A DNA stretch of 48,756 bases from Dicyema japonicum. Its lineage: Eukaryota > Animalia > Dicyemida. The position numbers and the translations under genes were made by a program. The notes under the pieces were generated by a model. The model ran no database searches, had not been told where the DNA came from, and worked only from the letters and a program-made list of their open reading frames with translations. Positions 1 through 12,172 of this stretch are shown piece by piece (positions within the stretch are counted from its first letter, which is position 1; each line of letters begins with the position of its first letter). Location: the NCBI GenBank assembly GCA_011109175.1, contig RDEW01000008.1, positions 578,518 to 627,273 on the forward strand, in the 5' to 3' direction.

Positions 1-470
1 GGTATCAAAAAGGTAAGTCATCAAGACTGTACAATAAAGAATTATTAAAAATAATTAATTTTGTCTATTACTGACTCAATCTATCTCACTTTTTTGGCTT
101 TGACTTTAGATTTCACTTCATTACCGATGGGGTGACGGAGTAACTATTTCGGACTACAACACTTTCTTGCATTAGGAATGCTGGAAGGCCTTAGGAATAA
201 GCCTTAATCTAAGTCTTTAGATGGACAACGTGATGGAATGTAATCTCTCCGTTCGCAGCTGGGAGGCCTCTAGTATTAATGCTACGAGTACAGACGCTTT
301 CGCTTGAACAAACCACGCTTAGAGTGTTTATAATGCATGTTCGACTGCTGTAAAGTCGGTCACGGAACTATACTTTGTTGTTTGTTCCTGTTGATGTGGA
401 AACCTTTGGTGCCTTCGCACATTTGACAATTTCTTAAATGGCTCTCAAATATTATCTCAGCCTGCTTATC
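1..470 (+). mobile_element. CRE-like non-LTR retrotransposon, degenerate C-terminal restriction-like endonuclease (RLE) region
   Basis: Frameshifted pieces SLDGQRDGM / ISPFAAGRPLV / NATSTDAFA / LFVPVDVETFGAF match the CRE-clade pattern DGKRPDG..PW..GR.LVWDAT..DT.A ... FVP.AVET.G. Inverted paralogue at 9515-9980. Confidence 0.65.
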
Positions 471-1200
471 AATATTAATTCAATTATAGTATGCGACATC
501 AAATCATTTGGGATTACCATGGAATTTATTAAAGGTACAAAAATGTGGTATTCTGACCACGTGGGATACAAAACAACCTTATCATTTGATTTTAAAACCA
601 AAAGAGACCCCATTCAATCAAAAAGTATTATCAATTATAATGTGAGTATTAAAATCTGCTATTAATAATGCTGTGGAGTTATTCAGAGATAACATGTCAT
701 CTTAACATTATAAATTTACATTATTTGTGTTATCAATAATTATTATTGCTTTGGTGGTCAGTGAATTCATATTTCATAATTTTATTATTCCAGCAATACT
801 ACTTACAATTCTGCTTATTTTGTATTTTGTGGTTATATCATACTCTGATACCTATAACACTGCTGGCTTCTACTATGAATTAATTGATAATTATTACTAA
901 CATTCATTAACACTCTTTTCTTTCTAACTCTGATGCCTATAACACTGCTGGCTTCTACTATGAATTAATTGATAATTATTACTAACATTCATTAACACTC
1001 TTTTCTTTCTAACAACTCATAAAGATTATTATTCAATCATAGAGCTATTCAAACACTCCATTCCCAAAGAATCCAAACCACTTAGAGAAGTGATTCAAGG
1101 TCGAGGACATTACAACGGAAAACCCAGAGACACAGACATTTCCTTCAAAACAAGATCGTCTCTGTTCGTAACCAAACAACCAAACGACGAATCTCTCTAG
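470..1200 (+). pseudogene. Degenerate membrane-protein fragment of unknown family
   Basis: Broken frames include NYNVSIKIC and hydrophobic runs TLFVLSIIIIALVV / IIPAILLTILLILYFVVI. Contains stops and an ~88-bp tandem duplication near 843-1013. Confidence 0.3.
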
Positions 1201-1719
1201 TTAAAGTTACCCCAAACGTTCATTTTCATCATGAAAAAAATTCTCGATAAAATAAGGATATAAGTATAACTTTTTTCGAATACATTCCTCCAATTTTCAT
1301 CCACATATTTTCCACTCGTACTTTCAGGTAAACAAACTCACACAATTTTTGGGGTATGATCTTCAGGTTACGAATTCTTAGATTTAGCCTGTAGAACAAG
1401 ATGTACCCGTTCCCGCAACCAGACTTCCTTGTTGATTAATTTGTATTTCGCCTGTCTTGAGGATGTCTGCACAAACTCATCATTTAGAATGCTCACTATG
1501 GATTTGAAATCCTTAATATTTTTGAAAAGCCTATTATTACCATATGAAAAGATAAACATTTTATAGACCACATGCTGAATATTTATGAAAAACGATTAAA
1601 AATGATCATAGCCACATTAATTATTACATCTAGCATGTGTTTAAAAGTTGATTGACGGGTGACATGTAACCAGTGTGGGATGCGTCATCATCACGGGAGG
1701 CGACATATTGCTCCACCCA

Positions 1720-1900
1720 NTCATCCAATTTCGTAATAGAATATGCTCTAATCTTTGTCTCTTGAATGCAGCAAATACCGAGACCATGATAGATAAATCA
1801 CGTGCGAGTTGATGTTTTTTGGTGATGAACTTCAAGCCTCGAGTGTTGAAAGTACCAAGAGAGAATGGGCAACGGGTAATTAAGCGCGTTCCCTCAATAG
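1720..1900 (-). mobile_element. RTE-like LINE, N-terminal AP-endonuclease fragment
   Basis: LGTFNTRGLKFITKKHQLARDLS then, after a frameshift, YHGLGICCIQETK: APE motif I plus the catalytic QET motif. Confidence 0.75.
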
Positions 1901-2059
1901 GGATCAATATTTCGTTTTTCGCCTCAATTTGCATGCTCTCTAAAGTTTTTAGCTGAACGAATGTCTATATATACGCTTTCACTCACTACTCCGCTTCAGG
2001 GACGTTCAGATGGCCTTTAGTGAATTTTGAGAAAATTCTATTTCAAGTCATGACAACAG

Positions 2060-2310
2060 GAACTATTATTATCATTAATACTAAACTTTCCCGAGAGCCA
2101 TATTAGCTATAGCACTTTCTAGGTATAACACAAACGTAAATTAAGAAAAGAAAGTTATTATAACTATTAGTAGAAGGAGAACCAAGCTCAAAATTTCTTT
2201 TTTCATTTTTTTTGGGTGTGAGTCCCATATAAAGAATCTGATTCCGCTGTGAAATGTGCACTAATGACAGCGTCATTTGTCAAGTCTTTGCGTTGTGAAT
2301 GATTCCAGTT
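2060..2310 (-). mobile_element. 5'-truncated copy of the local tRNA-derived SINE family
   Basis: Shares the core (TGACGCTGTC..CAC...GGACTCACAC), A-rich linker and the GCTATAGCTAATATGG tail with the copies at 5960, 23944, 27010 and 37808. Confidence 0.6.
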
Positions 2311-3544
2311 TACTGGCAAGCAAGTCATAGTTGTGGAAATTGTCCACTTAAACCTGCTTGAGACAATTTTGAGAAATGATCCCAATTTCAATAATTAAAG
2401 ACGACAGATTCGAGTGAGTGAGTTTTTATTTTCTTGTTTTTTCTTGTCGCATACTGAGAACAAAAATGGAAATATTTGATCTCTTCATTATACGCATCTT
2501 TTGCACATAGTTGAAAAGTGATCGAATCTTCTTTACTGAGTTGAAATAACCCTATTTAGATTCTCCATTATNATTTTCTTGTTTTTTCTTGTCGCATACT
2601 GAGAACAAAAATGGAAATATTTGATCACTTCATTATACGCATTTTTTGCACATAGTTGAAAAGTGATCGAATCTTCTTTACTGAGTTGAAATAACCCTAT
2701 TTAGATTCTCCATTATAAAAAAGTTAATATCTTCTAGATTATCAAAAAACAAGCAGATGCAGCCTTTTTTCAGTTCTGGTGAGTTATTTGCATACATTAA
2801 TTACTTGCTAGATTTAATAATATTTCTCAATTTTCTTGAGTAGATAATCATGTTGAATATTCATTATCTATCCATTTAGATCTTCAATGTTATACTTTCG
2901 AGAAATGAATTCTATGATAAGTGTTAAAATAATGCAGAATTTCCAATATTTTAGTCATTAATTAACAAAAATAAAGTTTGTAAATAATTTATTAAATATA
3001 TAAAATTAAGCGTGGCCGCTCTCATTTACCTTCAATTTGTATGGAAATGCGAGTCAACTCCTGCTCCGCTTATCCCTTTACTTGCTCACAAAAAATATTA
3101 GACATAAACAAAATTTGTGTTATGTGAAACGTATGCGTGGCCGCTCTCATTTACCTTCAATTTGTATGGAAATGCGAGTCAACTCCTGCTCAGCTTATCC
3201 CTTTACTTGCTCACAAAAAATATTAGACATAAACAAAATTTGTGTTATGTGAAACGTATCCTCGTAAATATTAATAAATTTACCAAATTTGTAAAACACT
3301 TTGCTCTTATTCAAAATAAAACAAATTATAATGTGTATTTAAATTTATTATATTGATAATTTATAGTAGCTTACACGAATAACGAGACCTCTTTGATTTT
3401 GTAAGTAGTACCATCATTCTATAAACTTCCTTGATGTCTTAAATTAAATTTAATTATAGGGAGACAAAACTATAGTATTTATCAAGTTAGAAAATTTCTC
3501 GCATTTCGATAATTATATACTTTAATTAGCGTTAGTTTGACTAA

Positions 3545-5500
3545 ATGGGTATAGTAAGTAAAAATTGAAATTTTAGTAGACAGAATTAATAGAGTGGCGT
3601 GACGATGAAATAAATATCATCTGGATAAAAGACTTGAAGGATGCTCTAAGCCATCTTTCTGGTTGGATGATGATGAACAAAAACAATCATTGTCAAGAAA
3701 TTCTCAAAAAATCATGTAGAGGTAACTATTATTCTTAAAATTGGTGTCATTCTCTGTTCAAATAGATGTGCTAAAAATGAAAAATATATGACGATTCGAC
3801 CTGCAACTACAAATCGTAAACTTTACCTTCAAATCAAAAAGAAATGCCCAGTCTGTATAAATCTGATTANNNNNNNNNNNNNNNNNNNNNNNNNNNNNNN
3901 NNNNNNNNNNNNNNNNNNNNNNNNNNNNNNNNNNNNNNNNNNNNNNNNNNNNNNNNNNNNNNNNNNNNNNNNNNNNNNNNNNNNNNNNNNNNNNNNNNNN
4001 NNNNNNNNNNNNNNNNNNNNNNNNNNNNNNNNNNNNNNNNNNNNNNNNNNNNNNNNNNNNNNNNNNNNNNNNNNNNNNNNNNNNNNNNNNNNNNNNNNNN
4101 NNNNNNNNNNNNNNNNNNNNNNNNNNNNNNNNNNNNNNNNNNNNNNNNNNNNNNNNNNNNNNNNNNNNNNNNNNNNNNNNNNTAAGCCATCTTTCTGGTT
4201 GGGTGATGATGAACAACAACAATCACTGCCAAGAAATTCTCAAAAAATCATGTAGAGGTAACTATTATTCTTAAAATTGGTGTCATTCTCTGTTCAAATA
4301 AATGTGCTAAAAATGAAAAATATATGACGATTCGACCTGCAACTACAAATCGTAAACTTTCCTTTCAAACCAAAAAGAAATGCCCAGTCTGTATAAATCT
4401 GATTATTAATTTAGGTGGAATGCAAACACTTTATTACCAAAAATGTAAAGGAAACGATTGTTACCCAGTCACACATTTTTGGCAATTGAAAGGTTGTTTT
4501 ATTAAATTTGAATTAGATGCTGGAATTAATTTTAGAGCTAGGGGTACTCATGATCTCTTAAGACCTTCTGATTCTAAACCACTAGCATTTGCAGTGGCAA
4601 AATTATTGAATTTAGTGCATGTAATCCAGACGTAACCTGAACAGAAATTTAACAAAATTTATGATCATTTAACTAATTTAATGGAGAACATATTCACGAA
4701 GCATTTAAGTATCTAGCAGTAGTCAGTCGAATACTTAAGGAAAATGATTCTATTTTTCAAATTATTAAGGAAAAATCGCACGCATAAAGAAATCATATTC
4801 GTTTCGTAAAAAAATATAGTAAAATTGCTATACAATAATCCACGGACAATCATAACCACCATTTAAAACAAAATAAGTACCACCAAGATTGACATTCAAT
4901 CTAAATCAAGTAGGCTTAAGACAAGTATTAAGTCAGCCCATTCGACCGTTGGTTTTTCCGTCAGATCAAAATATTATGATTTATGGACCAATTCAGTATA
5001 AAGACACACCATTATTCCAATAAACAAATTTTATGCAATCTGGATACATAATAATATGGTACATCATTCACAACAATTATTTGTATATAATGAAAACAGT
5101 ACAAGGTCTCAATCAGTCAATCATATCCTTGAAATGNGGTTTTTCCGTCAGATCAAAATATTATGATTTATGGACCAATTCAGTATAAAGACACACCATT
5201 ATTCCAATAAACAACTTTTATGCAATCTGGATATATAATAATATGGTACATAATTCACAACAATTATTTGTATATAACGAAAACAGTACAAGGTCTCAAT
5301 CAGTCAATCATATCCTTGAAATGATAGTTACAATGTGATACCTCATATTTCAAGAATGGGATATTTACCAAATTATTCAAATCAATATAATAATCATAAA
5401 GAGTACAATTTTATGCCTATAAATATAAACTCAATAATTGGAATGATGAACCAACAAATGACGAGTCATATAAACTATGCATATTCTACTCAATATTTTC
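3545..5500 (+). pseudogene. gcm: GCM (glial cells missing)-domain gene, divergent, probably a pseudogene; 5' part duplicated across the N-gap
   Basis: Spliced model with introns 3554-3579, 3722-3743/4258-4279, 4391-4414 and 4493-4516: MGITELIEWRDDEINIIWIKDLKDALSHLSGW(M/V)MMN(K/N)NNHCQEILKKSCRGVILCSNRC...IRPA...KKCPVCGMQTLYYQKCKGNDCYPVTHFWQLKDAGINFRARGTHDLLRP, colinear with the GCM domain (RHLSGWAMRNTNNH..ILKKSCLGVVVC..CPNC..C.G..GYPVTNFW..F.AKG.HDHPRP). The last Zn-His is Leu, intron 2 ends in TG, and there are frameshifts downstream. Confidence 0.88.
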
Positions 5501-5959
5501 TATAATTTTCACATTGAAGACTCTCTTCATCAAACATCAATTTATAATACATCTATAAGTAATAACTCCATAACACACGAATATTAGTTAAAAACTAAAC
5601 ATTTTTATATTTTCAATTTTATCTTTTTAGAAATTCAAACTTTTTTGTGTTTCAAAGTTAAAACTGAAATTTAAAAGTCAGATATAACTAATTTCGAAAA
5701 TAGGCAACATTTCAATTATCAGTAAAGTCGAAAATAACCTCGAAACATTCAATTTATTTCCCTCACTCCTTAATGAATAATTAAGTGAGTTGAATCATCA
5801 TTTAACAAGATTTGAAGCTGGAAAGCACAAGATTATTTAAGAGATCGAGTTCACAATTTTAGAAAATTGTTCTTTAATTTTTAATCATACCAAAACTGAG
5901 AAATTGATGTATTCTGTAAGTTAATTTCATAATATGTATTATTTTAATGTCTATTAATT

Positions 5960-6272
5960 CAGTTTAACGAGAGTTGGGAAAAAGGCCTGATGACTCTTAG
6001 TTAGAGTTTCGATATTTTGCATTCCGGGTGAGAGTTCCACGCATCTGTGATGCATTGGTATTACGAGTGACGCCAACCATCTCAATGTGTAACCGGATCG
6101 TCACCAAAAGGACTCACAGCCAACAGAAATAAAATATAAGTAAAGAGCATTACTTGGTTTTCCCTCGTAGAATAGTTATGATAACTGTTCTTACTTAAAT
6201 TGTTTGTCCTGCCTGGAAGGAGCTATAGCTAATTTGGAGCATTATAAAACTCGGTAATTATTTATTATTAAT
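5960..6272 (+). mobile_element. Diverged copy of the tRNA-derived SINE
   Basis: Degenerate B-box (GAGTTTCGATATT), core GGTGAGAGTTCCACGCATCT..ACGAGTGACGCC, and tail CCTGCCTGGAAGGAGCTATAGCTAATTTGG ending in TTA-rich sequence. Confidence 0.6.
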
Positions 6273-6539
6273 TCATCTCTTTAAAAAATTTAACAAAAAT
6301 CCATAATAAAAAATCCCACCGCCCAGATTGCGAACGACTGTTATATAAGATTTAAATACTTCCATAACCCAATCTTCATGAGGATCCTACAAAAACATAA
6401 GTTTATGCATTTTCCATGACTCAAGGTTAACTTTTCACAGGCAGCATGTCCCACAGTCACATATTTTATCGAGCAATGCCTCCACATCTTCCTAATAGAA
6501 CTTTCGACACGGCTATCAAATATCTCAATGATATTACAT

Positions 6540-7620
6540 CCAAATGATGCCGAAAGGTGAGCTCTAATTCAAATGAAAATTAGTCTGAAAGAATTCGAAA
6601 GAAAATCAGTAGAACTAACTGAAAGGATATCAAAACTGAATAAAAAAATTATGCGGAACATCACAAAACACAAGAAAGAACGTTGGGAAGCTGTGGTCAG
6701 TAAAGCTACGAATCATACTGCTCCATTATATTATGGAAAACAATAAGGAGGCTCTAGATGTGCTCTCCACATTTAATTGGACATCGAGAGCCACGTGACT
6801 CATTGACCTCATGAAGTACTATGTGAATATTAGTCATAAACCATATTCTATACACTTGATTTTCGTACATGATATGGTCGAAGGATTTAATGTCCCAACA
6901 TGAATTTCTTCGACTCATCAATAGTGTATTCTGTAATCAGGAAAATGAATAACTTGTCATCCCGTGGTTCAGATGTCATCTGTTCTCGAACTGAAGTAAC
7001 TGGGTCCTTCTTCGACGATGGTATAACACAAATTTTCAATATCTCAATAAACGAGAACAAGATAACCAAATCCTGAAGAAAAACAAACCACCAAACTCTC
7101 CATCCTCCTACCGCTTGTTATCCATCATCTGTGGCTTGTCAAGAGTGTTGGAAAAACTGGGCCTTCCGTCCTTTTGTAACTCTACTATCTTTCTACATGG
7201 ATTCCACGAAAGACACTCAACAACTTATTTAACAAAACTTATAAAATTCATTTCTACGAACTGAATACCACAAATATACGAGAGAACCGTGCTGCTCTCA
7301 GTGGATGTAGAGAAAGCTTTTGACTCAGTATCCAATATCATTCTTGATCAGATTAAACCTTACCTTCCATTTTTATCATTCCAACACGATTTTAAGAATG
7401 TTAATTCCACAACAAATCACATTAGATGCCTAACAAAATTCATAAATGAGAAGCTACAATGCAAACCTTTCATCAAAAGTCTCTAATATGCTCCGATGAC
7501 ATACAAAAGGCTTTGACTCTTAAGAAAATTTCTTATAATGAAGATCTTGTCTTAAACATTTTAGACAAATTGAAATTTGGATTAAATACTCGTTAACGGA
7601 CGGAATGGTTTCTTTTTTTA
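6540..7620 (+). mobile_element. Jockey/I-like LINE ORF2 fragments (pre-RT linker and RT N-terminus)
   Basis: PSSYRLLSIICGLSRVLEKL, HGFHERHSTT, LLSVDVEKAFDSVS, FQHDFKNVNSTT; many stops. Confidence 0.7.
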
Positions 7621-7979
7621 CTAGCGCGATCATGTCATATACCTTGGCACAGATACTGATTTTGTAGCCATCATAGTACGTTTGATATAAGGGACCACTC
7701 TTTACAGGATAGCACGCTAATTTAGGAATAAATTCTAAAGTATGTTATCAGTAAATGCAGGGTAAAGTTTCCAGTTACCATGTTAGTATTTTATTTGCCA
7801 GTTCCCCCTCCCCATAAGGCAGGAGTCTCTCTTGATCTTTTAGATTATAAGATTTTGATCGCTGCCTATTTATAAGATAGGACGCTATCTCAAACAAGGA
7901 GCGAGAACAAATAGCGGTCCTGCAAAGTCACTTGGTCATTCACTCTATGAAGATCATTAAAGAACAACTACGTTCAATG

Positions 7980-9515
7980 AAAATTTGAATTACTTTACGT
8001 TTCAATCAGTCAATGTACATGAGACAGCTAATCAGCAGGAAAAGAAACACAGAAACCTTCAACGGACTTTACAGATTATTCGATCGATTAGATATGACAA
8101 AGAAAGATCCAATTGCTTGCGGATAAAATTGCACAAAACNACAGAAACCTTCAACCGACTTTACAGATTATTCGATCGATTAGATATGACAAAGAAAGAT
8201 TCCAATTGCTTGCGGATAAAATTGCACAAAACTATATCTAACGGATCCAAACTACAGTTATCAGACTTGTCTTACTAAATATCAAAATGCTTGTTGAAAA
8301 GTTTAATGTAAAAATAAATAGTAAATCAAAACGCTAATTTTAATAAATTTAATGCAAAGAATAATCTTTACAAATGTAGTATTGTATTATCTTGCTTTAA
8401 AAATATATGAATAGATTTTGAATCATTCGTGGTATCATATTCATTAAAAGCTGTACAAGTCATATTGCACGTCCCCCCTTTGTAAATAATGCTCCTTAAC
8501 CCGACTCGTAATTCTTTCCTGTAGTATATTATATTATGCACTACTTTTCTCCATCAGTAAAGTCTTTATCTTATAAATTTTCAATACCAAAAATTCTTTA
8601 AACTTATGATGCTGACATTCAAATCCGCAGTGGACGAGGAGATACAGTTGATGTTTTCGATGCCTCTTTCAATGTTTGTTGACTCAAAATAAACTTTGGG
8701 GGGGGGGGTGATGAAAATTATAGTTATAAAAACCAATAACACTAATAAACATATCAACATTGAAGTTTTTCTTAAAGCCATAATCAAATTGAACGGAATA
8801 GAATCCCTGGTCCTGTTTTGTGATGTTATTTATGATAAATCCCCAATCAAAGAGGGAATATTTTGTAGAATTATCTATATAATTTCCACACAAAACCCAT
8901 ATAATTATTATCTTTTAGCCATGTAACTGATGTTATTTATGATAAATCTCTAATCAAAGAGTAAGTATTTTGTAAAATTATTTATATAATTTCCACATAA
9001 ATCCCACATAATTATTATTTTTTAGCCATGTAACTTTATGTCATATTTTCTTTAAAATTTTTATCTCACATGAAACATTCAAATTCGAAACATTTTTTAA
9101 AACACTAACATTTTTTCATCAATGATCTATATTTCGTTATCTGTAAATTTACATAACTTATCCACCATAATTATGCAATCTTAACGTTTTAAAGATGTTT
9201 TTCCCAATACATCAAATCTAATTATATAATTAACCAAGGATATCAAATTACCATGAAAAAAAGAAAGTAAGAAATATCGAACGAAGTATGGTAGTTTATG
9301 AGAGAAGTCCAATTTTTCTAATAGACATTTCAATATTCCCTGAAAATTTTTATTTAAATAATGTAAAACCTACAAGTTTCATCAACAAAAATTATTTTCG
9401 CATTTTTATTTACATATAAACAAAAAACTTGAGAGTTGGAGAGTCCTAACTTTTCCATCTCTAAGCTGCTGAGAAGTTAGAATCAGATAACCATAAGTAG
9501 AGAGCACATAAGCGG
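7980..9515 (-). pseudogene. Immunoglobulin-superfamily protein pseudogene, copy 1 (at least 2 Ig-like domains)
   Basis: LNVSCEIK..VTWLK..FIINNITKQDQGFYSV and INCISS...MTCTAFNEYDTTNDSKSIHI show Ig C..W..D.G.Y and C.A.N hallmarks. Frameshifts and stops present. Inverted paralogue at 18927-20410. Confidence 0.65.
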
Positions 9516-9980
9516 GCTGAGATAAGACTTGAGAGTCATTTAAGAAAATGATGAATGTGCAAAGGCTCCAAAGGTTTCCACATCAACAGGAACAAACAAC
9601 AAAGTATAGTTCCGCGACTTACCTTTACAACATTTGAACATGCATTATAACTCCCAAATCGAGGTTGTTAAAGCAAAAGCGTCCGTACTCGTAGCATCAA
9701 TACTAGTGGCCTCCGAGCTGCGAACACAGAGATTTAGTTTCCAACACGTTGCCTATTTAACGACTTAGTTTAAGGCTTATTCCTAATGCTTTGTCAGCAT
9801 CCCTAATGCAAGCGAGTTGTGTAGTCCGAAATAGTCACTCCGTCACTCATCGGTAATGAAGTGAAATCTTAAGTCAAAGCCAGAAAAGGATATTGATTGG
9901 GTCAGTAATAGACAAAAATAATTATTTTTTTAATAATTCTTTTATTGTACAGTCTTGATGACTTCCCACTTTGAAGCCAT
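9515..9980 (-). mobile_element. CRE-like RLE remnant, paralogue of 1-470
   Basis: The reverse complement aligns with 1-470 along its length, e.g. GGAACTATACTTTGTTGTTTGTTCCTGTTGATGTGGAAACCTTTGG. Confidence 0.65.
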
Positions 9981-9999
9981 GTTTTTACAATTTTCTCGT

Positions 10000-12061
10000 A
10001 TAAATATCTCTTCTCCCCTTCTAAGGTGTCTGTTGACACAATATTCAAAGAATAACTCCGCCATATCACTCCAAATATAAAGGCAGAGAAGTACCCCCTT
10101 AAAATAATGGTCTATCAATTGTTTCGATTATAATCAAATTCAATATTGAATTGGGGGATCTTATTTTTTTGAGAATTATTTAGAAAACTATTGTGTTTGT
10201 AAAGTTTTTACTTCACTTCTCAATATCTGAGATGTCTAGATACATGCAGCATCAAGTTGGTTTGTACAACGTCGCATTGAAAATTGACGGAAGTCAAAAT
10301 GGAGATAGACATGAAGAATTGTAACATTTTGCATTCTATACGACTTTAATTTTTAAACATGAACCACTTTAAAACAAAATGATAAACCATCATCCCCTGA
10401 CATTTAAATCGCGTCTTTCCTTCTGGCTTCTTCAATTATATGGAAAGAGAATTAANAGTTGGTTTGTACAACGTCGCATTGAAAATTGACGGAAGTCAAA
10501 ATGGAGATAGACATGAAGAATTGTAACATTTTGCATTCTATACGACTTTAATTTTTACACATGAACCACCTTAAGACAAAATGATAAACCATCATCCCCT
10601 GACATTTAAATCGCGTCTTTCCTTCTGGCTTCTTCAATTATATGGAAAGAGAATTAAGAAAATATGAGTGATCGTAATCCGATCATTTTACAATTAAGTT
10701 CACTAGAAAGTCACTCTTTACTTTGATAAATAATAACGTTGCTGATTAGTCAAGATTTGCGAGCTATATTGAAATGCAGATCAAGTTTTAAAAACTACAT
10801 GCTACTCATAACTAAACAACATCATCCACAGTTTTTTTTGTTCATTCCAGAAGCGAGAAACTTATTTAATCCAATGGAAAGAGGCAGGCAATTCAATTCA
10901 ACAGCCAAACATGTAGTAAAAGAAAGAAATTATTTTAAAAAAAGAACATACTGTCGAAGGAGGATATAATAAGAATTCGTACACTAATTAAAGAGATTAA
11001 CAAATATATCAGTAAAGCAAACGAGACACGTTCGACATAACTATTAAAAGCTTTAGCAGAAAATCCGTAAGTACAAAAGTTCTGTAACAAAGTCAAGTCT
11101 ATCAAAAGGCTTTTTGATGTCGAAGGAGAATATAATAAGAATTCGTACACTAAATAAGGAGATTAACAAATATATCAGTAAAGCAAACGAGACACGTTTG
11201 ACATAACTATTAAAAGCTTTAGCAGAAAATCCGTAAGTACAAAAGTTCTGTAACAAAGTCAAGTCTATCAAAAGGCTTTTTGATGAACCGCAAAATGGGA
11301 TATCAATGTACCCAAACTCCTTAATGAAATACGATGCTTCCATAACAAATAAAAAGCCATTTAAAAGAACAATAAGAACTCTTAAACAGAATAAAACCGA
11401 AAGTATCATATATGTAGACCATATATACGGAGAAGGACGTCAGTTGGCAATATCAAAGGCCCAAAATTCCAAAGCCCGATGTTCAGACAATACTTCTACA
11501 ACTTAACTAATGCATCTAGGAACTCTTACTTTAGATTTAATTGATTACATAATCACAATATCAATTTATATAAACACTATTCCGGATGTCTGGAAGTGAT
11601 CATACATCAAACCGATCTTGAAACCAGGAAAATTAAAAAATGACCCTTCTTCCTACAGACATATTTCGATCCTATTTTCACTTTCCCGAAAACTCGAAAG
11701 ATTAGTACTTGAAAATATCGAAGACTACAACCCGCATCCCACACCAAAGAACAATCTTGGTCTCTGTTGATATAACAAAGGCTTTCGACACATTATCAAG
11801 AAAACTCTTTACTGATGACATAAACGATACATGCATCCACCCAAACATAAAACTATAGACTGCCAACTTTTTAAGTGGAAGATGTGGACAAGAGATTTGC
11901 AATAACATAAAGTCAAAATCCCGTCTCATAGAAAATGGAGTACCTTAAGAATCCCCACTATCGCCAGCCCTTTTTAATATCTACAAAAACTACATGCCAC
12001 AAACCTGTAATGAATACTGCCCAATCCTCTTTTATACCGACGATATCATTCTTGCCCCCAA
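10000..12061 (+). mobile_element. Jockey/I-like LINE ORF2 (APE + RT), degenerate, runs into gap
   Basis: APE C-terminal PSSPDI..SSIIWK..MSD; RT IPDVWK.SYIKPILKPGK..DPSSYRHIS, VDITKAFDTLSR, GVP.ESPLSPALFNIY, LFYTDD. Confidence 0.85.
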
Positions 12062-12172
12062 NNNNNNNNNNNNNNNNNNNNNNNNNNNNNNNNNNNNNNN
12101 NNNNNNNNNNNNNNNNNNNNNNNNNNNNNNNNNNNNNNNNNNNNNNNNNNNNNNNNNNNNNNNNNNNNNNNT

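Noticed and set aside
3646-4406. Third, tandem GCM paralogue
   Set aside because: The sequences either side of the N-gap overlap almost identically; more likely two alleles of one locus.
1-9980. Giant TIR element (Maverick/MULE-like) bounded by the inverted 1-470 / 9515-9980 repeats and carrying GCM
   Set aside because: The repeats translate as CRE-like RLE coding remnants and are clearly diverged. No integrase, polymerase or TSD is visible, and the left boundary is outside the window.
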